DNA of 64,000 nt from Patescibacteria group bacterium (GTDB lineage Bacteria; Patescibacteriota; Patescibacteriia; Magasanikbacterales; UBA922): positions 20,370 to 84,369 of the forward strand of contig JAHJIX010000020.1 of NCBI GenBank assembly GCA_018823045.1. Reading direction: 5' to 3'. Under the pieces are notes generated by a model that saw only the letters and a program-made list of their open reading frames with translations, was not told where the DNA came from and ran no database searches. Made by a program: the position numbers and the translations under genes. Positions 46,886-56,962 of this stretch are shown piece after piece (positions within the stretch are counted from its first letter, which is position 1; the number at the start of each line of letters is the position of its first letter).

Positions 46886-48625
46886 ATGACCACATTTAGA
46901 GACTTAGGACTCAGCCCAAACATCCTTAAAAGCCTTGACGCCCTTGGCTTTGAAACCCCGTCACCGATTCAAGAACAATCGATTCCTTTTCTTCTCGAAT
47001 CAAAACAAGACCTTATTGCCCTTGCGCAAACAGGTACTGGTAAAACAGCAGCATTTAGTTTGCCTATTTTAGAACAACTTGATCCAAATAAAAGAGATAT
47101 TCAAGCTATTATTCTTTGCCCTACCCGGGAACTTGCACTCCAAACAACACGTGGAATACAAAGCTTCGCAAAAGAATCTCGCGTTCGTGTTACAGCCGTC
47201 TATGGTGGAGAAAGCATTACCACACAAATTAGATCACTCAAACGTGGTACTGATATTGTAGTTGGTACACCAGGACGTATACACGACCTTATTCGTAGAA
47301 ACATGTTAAAACTCAATGCAATTGACTGGCTCGTTCTTGATGAAGCTGATGAAATGCTTGATATGGGGTTTAAAGAAGATTTAGACGCAGTACTGAGTCA
47401 AAGCCCTGAAACCAAGCAAACACTTCTCTTTTCTGCAACCATGTCTCGACAAGTACTCTCTATTGCAAAAAAATACATGAAAAGCTACAAAGAAATTAGC
47501 GTAGGAGAAAGAAATATCGGTGCAGACAATGTTAGTCATGAATATTATGTTGTACGCGGTAGAGACCGTTTTGAGGCCTTACAGCGTATTTTAGACCACC
47601 TACCAGGCGTGTATGGTATTCTTTTTTGTCGCACAAGAAATGAAACCCAAGAAGTAGCAAATTTACTCAAACAAGCCAACTACGATACAGAAGCTATACA
47701 TGGTGATGTTTCTCAACAAATGCGTACAAAAATTATGGATCGTTTTCGTCGTAAAGAAACACGCTTGCTCGTAGCAACTGATGTGGCTGCGCGTGGTATT
47801 GATGTCACTGATTTAACACACGTTATTAACTACAATCTTCCTGATCAAAATGAAGCATACGTCCACAGAAGTGGTCGTACAGGACGTGCACAAAAAAGTG
47901 GTGTATCTATTTCAATTTTGGCACCAAGAGAAGTACGAAAAACAAGAGAATTAGAACGACTCGTACAAAAAAAGTTTGAATTAAAACAAATTCCAAGTAA
48001 AAAAGATATTTGTCAAAAACAATCAATGACATTTCTTGAAGAACTACGAGCACATGCAGAAAAAGACATCAATCATGATGAACATTTTGCTAGCATTGCA
48101 AAAGAACTAGAAAAAGTTGACAAAACTGATTTAATTACATATCTTATTTCAGATAAATTCAAACACCTCATTGAAGGAAAAACAAATAATCGTAATTTAA
48201 ATGCACAAGCAGAAGCCTCATCAGACCGATTTGATCGCGGAAGCGATCGCCATGGACGAGAACGTGGCAATGGAAGAGAAAGAGGAAATAGAAATATTAA
48301 TGGTGATAGTATTGAATTAACGATTGACCTCGGGAAAAGACACGGATTTGGCATTAAAGACTTCTTTGCCCTTATCAATGCAAACAAAAATATTAAAGGA
48401 GCTCAAATTGGAGAAATTCACTTAAGTCCTGAAAGTTGTGTGTTTTCTGTTGATCGAAGATATGGAGATAAAATATTGACATCTCTGCAAGGAAAAAATA
48501 TCAAAGGAAAAAGTATCAACATTAGTAAAAATGAAATTTCTGGTGGATATAGCGAAAAAAAACGAGGAGGAAGCAGTAAGCCAACAGAAAAAAGATTTAA
48601 CCGAACAAAAAAATATAAACGCTAA
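46886..48625 (+). CDS. DEAD-box RNA helicase, DeaD/CsdA-like with C-terminal DbpA-type RNA-binding domain
   Basis: 'AQTGTGKT', 'LDEADEMLD', 'SAT', 'HRSGRTGRAQ'. C-terminal 'GFGIKDFFALINANKNIKGAQIGEIHLSPESCVFSV' is a DbpA-like RRM. RG/RE-rich tail. Confidence 0.9.
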   Translation: MTTFRDLGLSPNILKSLDALGFETPSPIQEQSIPFLLESKQDLIALAQTGTGKTAAFSLPILEQLDPNKRDIQAIILCPTRELALQTTRGIQSFAKESRVRVTAVYGGESITTQIRSLKRGTDIVVGTPGRIHDLIRRNMLKLNAIDWLVLDEADEMLDMGFKEDLDAVLSQSPETKQTLLFSATMSRQVLSIAKKYMKSYKEISVGERNIGADNVSHEYYVVRGRDRFEALQRILDHLPGVYGILFCRTRNETQEVANLLKQANYDTEAIHGDVSQQMRTKIMDRFRRKETRLLVATDVAARGIDVTDLTHVINYNLPDQNEAYVHRSGRTGRAQKSGVSISILAPREVRKTRELERLVQKKFELKQIPSKKDICQKQSMTFLEELRAHAEKDINHDEHFASIAKELEKVDKTDLITYLISDKFKHLIEGKTNNRNLNAQAEASSDRFDRGSDRHGRERGNGRERGNRNINGDSIELTIDLGKRHGFGIKDFFALINANKNIKGAQIGEIHLSPESCVFSVDRRYGDKILTSLQGKNIKGKSINISKNEISGGYSEKKRGGSSKPTEKRFNRTKKYKR

Positions 48626-48642
48626 ACCACTCAATATAAAAA

Positions 48643-48672
48643 AGAAGCAGAATAATATCTGTTTCTTTTTTT
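48643..48672 (+). terminator. Intrinsic terminator (GAAGCAGA…TCTGTTTC + T7)
   Basis: 8-bp stem with one G·U pair, followed by ttttttt. Confidence 0.5.
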
Positions 48673-48769
48673 GTCTAATAGATATAATAAACAATTCTAT
48701 TATTTCATCTTTTCAAGCTATTCTGCTATAATAATATTACGATGTATTTCATATTTAATAGATAGTTAT

Positions 48770-49177
48770 ATGTATTTAAAATGGTCCCCTATTTATTCTG
48801 TCAATGTAGCAAAACTTGATGAGCAGCACAAAACGATCTTTGGCCTTATTAATGATTTATTTGAATTAAAAGACCATCTTTCAAAAAAAGAAGAGCTTGC
48901 TATTATACACAAATTAATAGATTATGCCAATGAGCATCTTAAAACAGAAGAGACATATTTCAAAGAACTAAATTACCCAAATACCATATCACATACAAAA
49001 CAACATGATAACTATAGAAAACAGGTAAAAGCCTTTGAGACCAAAATAGAAAAAAGTGATGAACTCGAAAAAGATCACGATGAATTAATTGACTTTTTAA
49101 AACATTGGTGGCTTAACCATATACAAAAAATTGACCAAGAATACGTAGATTTTTTTAATGAACATGGCATTCACTAA
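48770..49177 (+). CDS. Hemerythrin-like metal-binding protein (bacteriohemerythrin family)
   Basis: 'WSPIYSVNVAKLDEQHKTIFGLINDL', 'HLKTEETYF', 'HTKQHDNYRKQV' and 'HWWLNHIQKIDQEY' give the His/Glu/Asp ligand spacing. Start moved to the ATG at 48770. Extended -10 'tgctataat' at 48724..48732. Confidence 0.65.
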   Translation: MYLKWSPIYSVNVAKLDEQHKTIFGLINDLFELKDHLSKKEELAIIHKLIDYANEHLKTEETYFKELNYPNTISHTKQHDNYRKQVKAFETKIEKSDELEKDHDELIDFLKHWWLNHIQKIDQEYVDFFNEHGIH

Positions 49178-49191
49178 TATATAAACGCTCT

Positions 49192-50010
49192 ATGAACAAA
49201 TCATTAGCGGTACTCTCTGTCATAGGCATTATATTTTTCTCGGGCTGTAATCTTATCGATAACCTTAATTCACTTTCTCCGCCAAAAGAAATTCCCCCGA
49301 TGACAATAAGTACCAGTGTATACCCATTAGAATTACTTACAAGAGAAATAAGTGGAGACACCATTGATATAGCAACAATACTCCCTAAAAATACAGATCC
49401 AAAAATATACACACTTTCAAAAGAAAATCTAACACAACTAAAAAATAGTACCATTACCTTAGGTATTGGTCATGGTCTTGACACCTGGATATCAGAAGCA
49501 CAAAAAGTTGATCCTGAAATGAATATCATAATACTTGATCAACATATTGATATACATATTGATGAATATACAGATGAAGAAAATCCATACTACTGGCTTT
49601 CTTCATTCAATACAGAAGAGATCATTTATTCTATTCGTGACATCTTGATCGATCAAGACCCCAAACAAACAACATTTTATGAAGAGAATGCGGAAAGGCT
49701 TCTCCAAAAAATATCTGATCAATCAGAACGTTGGGATGAACAGATGATGATACTTGAAGATAAGCAAATTATTGTTTGTCAAAATATATGGAGTTATCTT
49801 AAAGAAGAATATGGATTTGAAACATATACATTAGAACATAATCCATCAACTTCCTCAATACAATATATATTTGATGATCCATTTTGTAGCACAGAACAAA
49901 GTGATGCAATTGTATATACACTTGACCCTATAGGACAATATAGCAATGCACAAAATTATATTGAACTCATAGATTATAACGTTCAAACACTCATAAACGC
50001 CCACAATTAA
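49192..50010 (+). CDS. Lipoprotein, unknown function (possibly solute-binding-like)
   Basis: Signal peptide plus lipobox 'IFFSGC'. 272 aa. Confidence 0.45.
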   Translation: MNKSLAVLSVIGIIFFSGCNLIDNLNSLSPPKEIPPMTISTSVYPLELLTREISGDTIDIATILPKNTDPKIYTLSKENLTQLKNSTITLGIGHGLDTWISEAQKVDPEMNIIILDQHIDIHIDEYTDEENPYYWLSSFNTEEIIYSIRDILIDQDPKQTTFYEENAERLLQKISDQSERWDEQMMILEDKQIIVCQNIWSYLKEEYGFETYTLEHNPSTSSIQYIFDDPFCSTEQSDAIVYTLDPIGQYSNAQNYIELIDYNVQTLINAHN

Positions 50011-50034
50011 AAAAGAGCCTTTCGGCTCTTTTTT
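50010..50034. terminator. Bidirectional intrinsic terminator (AAAAAGAGCC-TTTC-GGCTCTTTTTT)
   Basis: 6-bp GC stem flanked by A5/T6. Lies between the convergent lipoprotein (+) and histidine kinase (-) genes. Confidence 0.6.
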
Positions 50035-50036
50035 AA

Positions 50037-53000
50037 TTACTGCAATGGCAAAGAAATAATAACCCTTGTTCCTTTATGTTCAGTACTCTTTACGCTCATA
50101 CTTCCTCCATGTCCTTCGACAATATATTTGACAATATATAACCCAATACCTGATTGGTCAGGAGCAATAGCAAAGGCATTTGATGCACGAAAAAATTTAT
50201 CACAAATCATATCTTGTTCGGCTTTAGGAACACCAATACCCGTGTCTTTTAATTCAAACTGTATTGCGGCTTTTGTCTTTATAAACCGTGCCGTGATTTG
50301 CCCTTTCTCAGTATACAAAAAGGCATTTTGTAATAAATGATGCATAACCAATACCATCTTTTCTCTATCAATTTTTATACTTGATAATGATTTTTTTGGC
50401 ATTCCTCTCATAAATTTCACTCCTTTTGCCTTTATTTTATCTTCAAATTCATTGCTCACCGCTCCCCAAATTGTTTCAAGTGATGCTTTTTCTTTTATGA
50501 CTGTTTCCTTTCCCTCTTCAATATCTAATACCAACAACAAATCACTCAAACGATGAATAATATCTTCCTCAGTATTGAGTGTTGACTCAACAAATAATGC
50601 TTGCTCTTTATTGAGTTCCCCCATATCACCAGAAGCAAGTGTTTCTAAATTCCAACGGATAGAAGAAAGTGGTGTTCGTAATTGATGAGAAACAATTTTA
50701 ATAAATCTATTCTTCAATTCATTTAATCCCTCATTTCTTTCTTCAAATTCTTTTTTCTCTGTAATATCTCGAACCGTAGCTTGAAGTAACACCGTGCCAT
50801 TTACTTCTAGACGTGTCAACAATACTGTCGCGGCAAACTCTTCACCATCCATACGACGATGTACCCATTCAAAAAAGTTTGTTCCTTCTTTTAATGCTAT
50901 TTTTATTTGTGTCTCTACCAAGGGCCCTGATAAATCACCATTTGGCTGATGTTTTGGTGATAATTCTGATGGATGCACTCCAATAAACTCTTTTTCTTTT
51001 TTAAATCGAAACATTGTTAAAGTAGCAGAGTTTCCGGCAACAAAATTCCCTGTTTTTCCATCAAGAATCATAATAGCATCCCGAGATGATTCAAAAATAG
51101 ATTGATACCTTTTTTGATTTTCTTCAGCTTGTCTATTAGATTCTTTTTGCTCACTAATATCATTAAATGCTATACCAATTTTATCTTCATCCAAAGAAAA
51201 TACAGTTAACTGAAACCATCCTTCTATATGTGCATCTTTATAAAAAAATTCACTTAAAAATAACGATTCTTTACTATCCATAACTTGATCTACTGCCGCA
51301 AAAAAATCAGTCTTTTTTAAAGCAGGAAATAATGTGTCAAGTGCTGCCCCACTAACAGACTTTTCTTTTAATTTTAAAATATTTTTAGCAGCGCCATTAA
51401 TAAAATCAAGATGAAATATATTCTTTTTTGTTCGAGTAAAGATAAAGAAACCCAACGGACTATTTGATACAAGATCAAGCGATTGCTTCATAAGCATTTC
51501 AGCATTTCGTGATTCAGTAATATCTTGAATTTGTGAAATAAAAAATAATGGACTACCCTCTTTATCACGCACAAGAGAAGCGCTCAAAAGGACCCAAACA
51601 ATATTCCCATCTTTTTGTATACAACGTTTTTCTAAACGTACAGTCTTAATTTCTTCTGCCAAAAGCTGTTTAATTTGTTTTTTACTTTGTTTTACATCTT
51701 CTTTCGCTGTAATATCACTAAACTTCTTTTTTAATAACTCCGTACGAGTATATTGAAGAATATGTAATAATTTTCTGTTTACTGTAATAAACTTTCCTTC
51801 TACAGATACCAAAGCCATTCCAATTGGAGAATCATCAAATGCACTTTTAAATTGCACTTCACTTTGTTTTAATGCATCTTCTTTTTCATGCAATGTATCA
51901 ATCATACTATTAAATGAATTCGCAAGATCTCCCATTTCATCTTGAGAACTGATCTGAATATGAGTCGTATAATCCCCTTGTTTAATTTTATACATCCCCT
52001 CTAGTAGCTTTATAATTGGTTTTCGTAGATGATCCACAAATAATAACTGTATCATTAAAAATACAATTACCATTGCTGTATTAAAGAGTAATAATTCCTT
52101 CCAAAAATCTTCAAACTGAATAAAAAATTCTTTTTCTTCTATGACTTTTGCTAATATTAAAAATTGATCATCACTTAAAAATACTTTATAAAATGATTCA
52201 ATATGCCGATGTCCATCAAGCGTGGTATCTATATCTGTAAAAAATACAGTATCCGGTTGAAAAACAGTCTCTCGAATATCTTCAAAATCAGTTAAATGTT
52301 CATATAATTCACCCACAAGCAAAGTAACCGTTGTTTCATCTCCTTTTCTCGTTGGATTAGACATAACTCGTCCTTGTGCATCTAATATATATAAATCTTT
52401 ATCAAGAGATCGAACGATATCAAAAAAATCTTCTATAGTCACATGCAATTTTACATACCCTTCCAATGTTTTTTCTTCAAATACCCCTGCAATAAACTGA
52501 ATAACAGGTTTCTCTAAAGATATAGCATTCTTTTTTTGTGCATCAATTTCTACTCCTGAAAAATAAACTTCGCCTGGTTGAATATGTAAAAATTGTTGAG
52601 ATAATTCATGAATATGTTCTTTTGTTTCGGTAACGATATTTTGAGAAATACTATCTTTATATACACGAACAACTTCTTTGCCTTGTGTATCAATATAATA
52701 CATATCAACATACAACGGCTTCCTTTCTGCAAATGCTTGAAACATTTCTGCTACTTGCTCTACAAATAAACCATCATGTCCATGACCTAATTCATCAGAA
52801 ACTTCTTCAATACTTGCCTGATGGCTCAGGACAATATTTGATAATACCAATATATCTCCACTCACTTCATCAATCACATCAGGCATGCGATCAGCAATAA
52901 TTTCAAATTCTTTTTCTAAATTTTGTATCTCATTATCAATAAAACGTGGCTGCACAAAAAAACGAGAAAAAAATACATTCCCCACAACAAATAATATACC

Positions 53001-53048
53001 GACTAACAATGTAATTGATAAAAATTTTGTGAGAAATGTAATTTTCAT
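50037..53048 (-). CDS. Multi-PAS sensor histidine kinase (TM–periplasmic sensor–TM–HAMP–3×PAS–HisKA–HATPase_c)
   Basis: Two TM helices flank a ~290-aa extracytoplasmic region. HAMP-like 'GDLANSFNSMIDTL'. Phospho-His box 'VSHQLRTPLSSI'. ATPase G-boxes 'DTGIGVP…GIGLYIVKYIVEGHGGSMSV'. Confidence 0.8.
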   Translation of the reverse strand: MKITFLTKFLSITLLVGILFVVGNVFFSRFFVQPRFIDNEIQNLEKEFEIIADRMPDVIDEVSGDILVLSNIVLSHQASIEEVSDELGHGHDGLFVEQVAEMFQAFAERKPLYVDMYYIDTQGKEVVRVYKDSISQNIVTETKEHIHELSQQFLHIQPGEVYFSGVEIDAQKKNAISLEKPVIQFIAGVFEEKTLEGYVKLHVTIEDFFDIVRSLDKDLYILDAQGRVMSNPTRKGDETTVTLLVGELYEHLTDFEDIRETVFQPDTVFFTDIDTTLDGHRHIESFYKVFLSDDQFLILAKVIEEKEFFIQFEDFWKELLLFNTAMVIVFLMIQLLFVDHLRKPIIKLLEGMYKIKQGDYTTHIQISSQDEMGDLANSFNSMIDTLHEKEDALKQSEVQFKSAFDDSPIGMALVSVEGKFITVNRKLLHILQYTRTELLKKKFSDITAKEDVKQSKKQIKQLLAEEIKTVRLEKRCIQKDGNIVWVLLSASLVRDKEGSPLFFISQIQDITESRNAEMLMKQSLDLVSNSPLGFFIFTRTKKNIFHLDFINGAAKNILKLKEKSVSGAALDTLFPALKKTDFFAAVDQVMDSKESLFLSEFFYKDAHIEGWFQLTVFSLDEDKIGIAFNDISEQKESNRQAEENQKRYQSIFESSRDAIMILDGKTGNFVAGNSATLTMFRFKKEKEFIGVHPSELSPKHQPNGDLSGPLVETQIKIALKEGTNFFEWVHRRMDGEEFAATVLLTRLEVNGTVLLQATVRDITEKKEFEERNEGLNELKNRFIKIVSHQLRTPLSSIRWNLETLASGDMGELNKEQALFVESTLNTEEDIIHRLSDLLLVLDIEEGKETVIKEKASLETIWGAVSNEFEDKIKAKGVKFMRGMPKKSLSSIKIDREKMVLVMHHLLQNAFLYTEKGQITARFIKTKAAIQFELKDTGIGVPKAEQDMICDKFFRASNAFAIAPDQSGIGLYIVKYIVEGHGGSMSVKSTEHKGTRVIISLPLQ

Positions 53049-53093
53049 ATAATGTATATTAAACCTCCTTAGAACTATAGTATACCAAAAAAA

Positions 53094-53124
53094 AAGAAAA
53101 TCGTATAATTGATTTTCTTTTTTT
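53094..53124. terminator. Intrinsic terminator (AAGAAAATC…GATTTTCTT + T-run)
   Basis: 9-bp perfect stem. Lies between the end of the 105-aa gene and the HK promoter region. Confidence 0.5.
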
Positions 53125-53126
53125 AT

Positions 53127-53444
53127 TTATTTCTTCATTTCTTTTTGAATGTTTTTCCACTGAGCTGACACCACTTTTACTAATAAACTCTTTACTCGCT
53201 CAGCAAGACCATTTTTTACGGCATACATATCAACAACTTCTTGTACTTTTTTGATATATTCATGCTGACTTAATTCTTTTATTTTTTTACTATTAACAAG
53301 CTGTTCTTTTACTTCAGCATATACCTCAGCAGCTTGCTCAAGTAACTGTTCTTTTACTTCTCTCCCCTTTTTGGTTGTAGACATCCACATGAGCCCCGCT
53401 CCTAAAACTCCCCCAAATAATACCCCCTTATTAAATTTCCCCAT
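53127..53444 (-). CDS. YtxH/DUF948-like small protein
   Basis: N-terminal 'GVLFGGVLGAGLMWMS' glycine-zipper helix, then a charged coiled coil. 105 aa. Confidence 0.4.
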   Translation of the reverse strand: MGKFNKGVLFGGVLGAGLMWMSTTKKGREVKEQLLEQAAEVYAEVKEQLVNSKKIKELSQHEYIKKVQEVVDMYAVKNGLAERVKSLLVKVVSAQWKNIQKEMKK

Positions 53445-53519
53445 ATGTATGTTTCTATTAAAAATACAAATAACTCATCGGTGTAAATAGTATAACACAA
53501 GTAGTAAAGATAGGTCTAG

Positions 53520-54704
53520 CTACAACATATTAGTATAAATACATTCTAATTGTTCTCCAATACTTTCCCAATTATATACGGTCTCTGCTGCCTGTCTTGC
53601 TTGTTCTTTTAATGGTTTTTTATCTTTCAATTCAATATAATCTTGTATAGCTTGCGCAAGTGCATAAACATTCTTCGGCTGCACGACTACTCCGGCACGC
53701 TCAGCCACAGTCCTCACACCCGCAAGATCACTGGCAATAACCGGAACACCACTAGCAAATGCTTCAAGCAATACCATGCCAAAGGCCTCTCCCCGATGAA
53801 TTGATGGTAATACAAACAAATCCGCAAGATTATAATATAATGGCAGATCATCTTCTGACACTCGCCCAACAAAACGGACCATACCCTCAACACCTAATGC
53901 ACGTGCTTGCAATTCAAATTGTTCTTTCAACTCTCCCTCACCCAGTAATACTACTTGCAACTCCCCTAATGATTTTTTTAATAATACCAGTGATTTAAGT
54001 AACACCGGAATTCCTTTAAAATGATGGGCTTCATCCATTCCCCCCACAAAAAGAATGGTCGAAATGTTTGGATCAAGAGTATGTTTTTTTAATAAAAGAT
54101 CATCCTTTTTTCTTGGAGCAAAACGATCAGTATCTACGCCAAAAGGTAATTCATGCCACATGTCTTTTTGTTTAGCATAAAGTAATGCAGCTTCTGAAGA
54201 CTCAGCATAGTCAAAAGAACTCACACAAATAGCATCAGCTGCCGCCAAGACTTTCGGCATAACAAACTTTGCATACAAGGAAAAAACCAAACCACGCCAC
54301 CCTTGTGACCGTGGATCCATATGATACGTAATCACCAAACCTTTTTCAGGATGTTTTTTCTTCCACTTCCGAACCAAATTGGCGGTGCCATAAAAAGGAT
54401 AATGCAAATGTACAATATCAGCAGCATCTAATTCTTCGGCAATCGTTGGCAAATACGCAGCATTGCCATATTGAAATGCTGGGGCAATTCTTTTTACATC
54501 AGCTTCTTGTTTTTCTAGCTCAGGTGCATGTTCTTCTTCTACTTTCTCTTCTGCTCCCTTTATTTCTTTTCGTTCATGATATCCGGGTGTAAGTACTGTC
54601 ACATTATGCCCACGATCAAGCAAGGCTTTTGCTGTCTGAAACACAACATTCCCCATGCCACCATAATATGGTGGATATGTACACACGATATGCGTAATAT
54701 TCAT
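53520..54704 (-). CDS. GT4-family glycosyltransferase
   Basis: 'LPSIHRGEAFGMVLLEAFASGVPVIASDLAGVRTV' carries the E-x7-E retaining GT-B motif. Confidence 0.8.
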   Translation of the reverse strand: MNITHIVCTYPPYYGGMGNVVFQTAKALLDRGHNVTVLTPGYHERKEIKGAEEKVEEEHAPELEKQEADVKRIAPAFQYGNAAYLPTIAEELDAADIVHLHYPFYGTANLVRKWKKKHPEKGLVITYHMDPRSQGWRGLVFSLYAKFVMPKVLAAADAICVSSFDYAESSEAALLYAKQKDMWHELPFGVDTDRFAPRKKDDLLLKKHTLDPNISTILFVGGMDEAHHFKGIPVLLKSLVLLKKSLGELQVVLLGEGELKEQFELQARALGVEGMVRFVGRVSEDDLPLYYNLADLFVLPSIHRGEAFGMVLLEAFASGVPVIASDLAGVRTVAERAGVVVQPKNVYALAQAIQDYIELKDKKPLKEQARQAAETVYNWESIGEQLECIYTNML

Positions 54705-55045
54705 AATTTACTATTCTTTTTTTCATCCATTAATGCCATTTCTCTTGTCAAAAAAGTAATATCTCTCCCAATTGATTCTATCTTTATATGCAAATGAAAC
54801 AAGAGAAAAAAGATAATGACAAGTGCTGAATAAATAACAACATCTACTCCACGTCCAATTCCCATAAAAGAAGCCAATTGTGACATGCTCTCTGGCCAAA
54901 AAACAGCCAACAATGCTATCATCCAAAAGACCACCCAAAACAAAAATCCTTTTTTCCCGAGAAGACCTTGTTTCTTTTTTTGTACAATGGTACTTAAAAC
55001 AAACAAGACAAAAATACTAAATAACGCTTGAAAAATAATAATCAT
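54701..55045 (-). CDS. DUF2304-type small membrane protein (GT-associated)
   Basis: 114 aa with 3–4 TM helices. 'WPESMSQLASFMGIGRGVDVVIYSALVIIFFLLFHLHIKIESIGRDITFLTREMALMD' matches the DUF2304 pattern. Overlaps the GT4 start by 4 nt. Confidence 0.5.
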   Translation of the reverse strand: MIIIFQALFSIFVLFVLSTIVQKKKQGLLGKKGFLFWVVFWMIALLAVFWPESMSQLASFMGIGRGVDVVIYSALVIIFFLLFHLHIKIESIGRDITFLTREMALMDEKKNSKL

Positions 55046-55048
55046 ACA

Positions 55049-56266
55049 CTATGAAAACATCAACCATTGTGGTTTAAATACAAGTAACAATCCCAAAACA
55101 AACATAAGAATTCCTCCTGCAAGATTTGCATACTTTGCATACTTTGACCCGACAGTCTTTGACTGCAAAGTAATCATAGCAAGAATAAAAATAATCATGT
55201 CATCGAGCATGTAGAAAATAATATATCCAAACATGTACAGATAGCGTTTCCACTGTGGCAGATCATTTAATGATAATACTTGCGTAAAGATTGCCGGAAA
55301 TCCTGCAGAACAAGCAAGTTCTACTAAATTGACAGAAAAACCAAGAAGCACAATACCAAATACTGCCCACCAGATACTTTTTTTATAAACAATTTCTTTA
55401 ATTTTATCAAAGGTTTTTGTAGCTCCTTTTTTATTAGATACTTTACACACCAATCCATCATTTTTTCTATTATCCCAATAATCTTTTAAACTATGTACTC
55501 CAATACCAACAGCTACAACACCAATAATCAGACGAACTGCAAATACCATTCCCACAAACATAAGAAACTTTAACCATGCTGCCATGAAAAAGAAATAAAC
55601 AATCCCTGAAGAAAAAATAAATATTGTCCCAAGTAACCACATGCGTTTTCTGTCTTCAATACCCAACAAGAGTGAAATCAAGAACAGCAACACCCACATG
55701 GCACATGGATTAAATCCATCTAAAATTCCAAGAATGACAGTTAATAATGGTAAAGAAAATGTCTCTGGTTGTATGTCTCCAATTAAAGGAATCGTCATTG
55801 TTCTTTCTTCTTCACCAGCAAAACTTACATATTTAGATGTAAATTCAGGAAATTTTTCAGCTATTTGCCTATCTAAAGTACGAAGAATTTCTTTTCCAGT
55901 GGTTTTTTCACTTCCAAAACCACTAATGACTTCTCCATCGATAAAAGTCATTGGCACACCTTTAATGTCTGCATCATGAAAAAAAGCATATTGTTGCCAC
56001 AATGCTAAATTATCAGGGTCATTCACCTCATACAGATGAAAATCAACATACTCTCCATATTGTTTAAATAACCTATCTTCAATAAATTCAATTTCATCTT
56101 TACAATGTGGACAAGTTTCACTATGAAATAAAGAAAAATCTATTTTTTTTATTTCAGCAACTGACACCACTTCTTGATCAGTACTTGTCACAGCCTGTGC
56201 TTGAGAGACAAATCCTAAACACAAGATGGGAAGTAATAACACTACAGCAAAAAAACGTTTCATCAT
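55049..56266 (-). CDS. Thioredoxin-fold domain fused to CcdA/DsbD-type thiol-disulfide transporter
   Basis: Signal peptide. 'SETCPHCKD' thioredoxin CxxC. Multi-TM C-terminus with 'FNPCAMWVLLF' (DsbD_2 Cys). 405 aa. Confidence 0.6.
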   Translation of the reverse strand: MMKRFFAVVLLLPILCLGFVSQAQAVTSTDQEVVSVAEIKKIDFSLFHSETCPHCKDEIEFIEDRLFKQYGEYVDFHLYEVNDPDNLALWQQYAFFHDADIKGVPMTFIDGEVISGFGSEKTTGKEILRTLDRQIAEKFPEFTSKYVSFAGEEERTMTIPLIGDIQPETFSLPLLTVILGILDGFNPCAMWVLLFLISLLLGIEDRKRMWLLGTIFIFSSGIVYFFFMAAWLKFLMFVGMVFAVRLIIGVVAVGIGVHSLKDYWDNRKNDGLVCKVSNKKGATKTFDKIKEIVYKKSIWWAVFGIVLLGFSVNLVELACSAGFPAIFTQVLSLNDLPQWKRYLYMFGYIIFYMLDDMIIFILAMITLQSKTVGSKYAKYANLAGGILMFVLGLLLVFKPQWLMFS

Positions 56267-56301
56267 ATTTGTAAATAATTATATATAGTTTTGTTTCTTT
56301 T

Positions 56302-56961
56302 TTAAGAAATAAATTTAGAAAATAACAAGTCTTTTAATATAGTAAATCCCCCACGTGCACTTTGCCCATATTCATGATAGGTCACTTTTATAGGAAATTC
56401 AACATACGGGAGGTTCAGCGCAATAACTTTTGCAGGAATTTCTGTAGCATGGGCCATACGATCTTGCTCGATGACCATAACGGCTAATACCTGCGCGTGA
56501 AATAAACGAAAACCATTATGCACATCACTTAAATGCGCTCGTACAAATAAAAAATTAATCATCTTGCCAATTGGCAATAAAATCATTCGTTTAAACCAAG
56601 GAAGTGTCGATCGTCCATCAAGTAATCTTGATCCAAATAATACTAACGCTTTCTGCTCTTTCATATGCGCGAGCGCAGGTGCAATGTCTTCTGGATGCAT
56701 TTGATCATCTCCGTCAAAATGAAGAATATATTCAGCACCGACCAAACGTGCATATTCATGCCCTGTTTCAAGTGCAGCCCCTTGACCCCGATTAATTTTA
56801 TGTTCAAGCACCGTTGCACCTGCAAGACGTGCCACCTTTACCGTATTATCTTTTGATGCATCATCAATAACTACAATATGATCCACATGATCCTGTAATT
56901 TTTTAATAACGCATGCAATACGCTCTTCTTCATTGTATGCAGGAACTACCGCTAAAAGCAT
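56302..56961 (-). CDS. GT2-family glycosyltransferase (Dpm1/polyprenyl-phosphate sugar synthase-like)
   Basis: 'AVVPAYNEEERIACVI…IVVIDDASKDNT' gives the GT-A DxD context. 219 aa. Confidence 0.75.
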   Translation of the reverse strand: MLLAVVPAYNEEERIACVIKKLQDHVDHIVVIDDASKDNTVKVARLAGATVLEHKINRGQGAALETGHEYARLVGAEYILHFDGDDQMHPEDIAPALAHMKEQKALVLFGSRLLDGRSTLPWFKRMILLPIGKMINFLFVRAHLSDVHNGFRLFHAQVLAVMVIEQDRMAHATEIPAKVIALNLPYVEFPIKVTYHEYGQSARGGFTILKDLLFSKFIS

Positions 56962-56962
56962 A

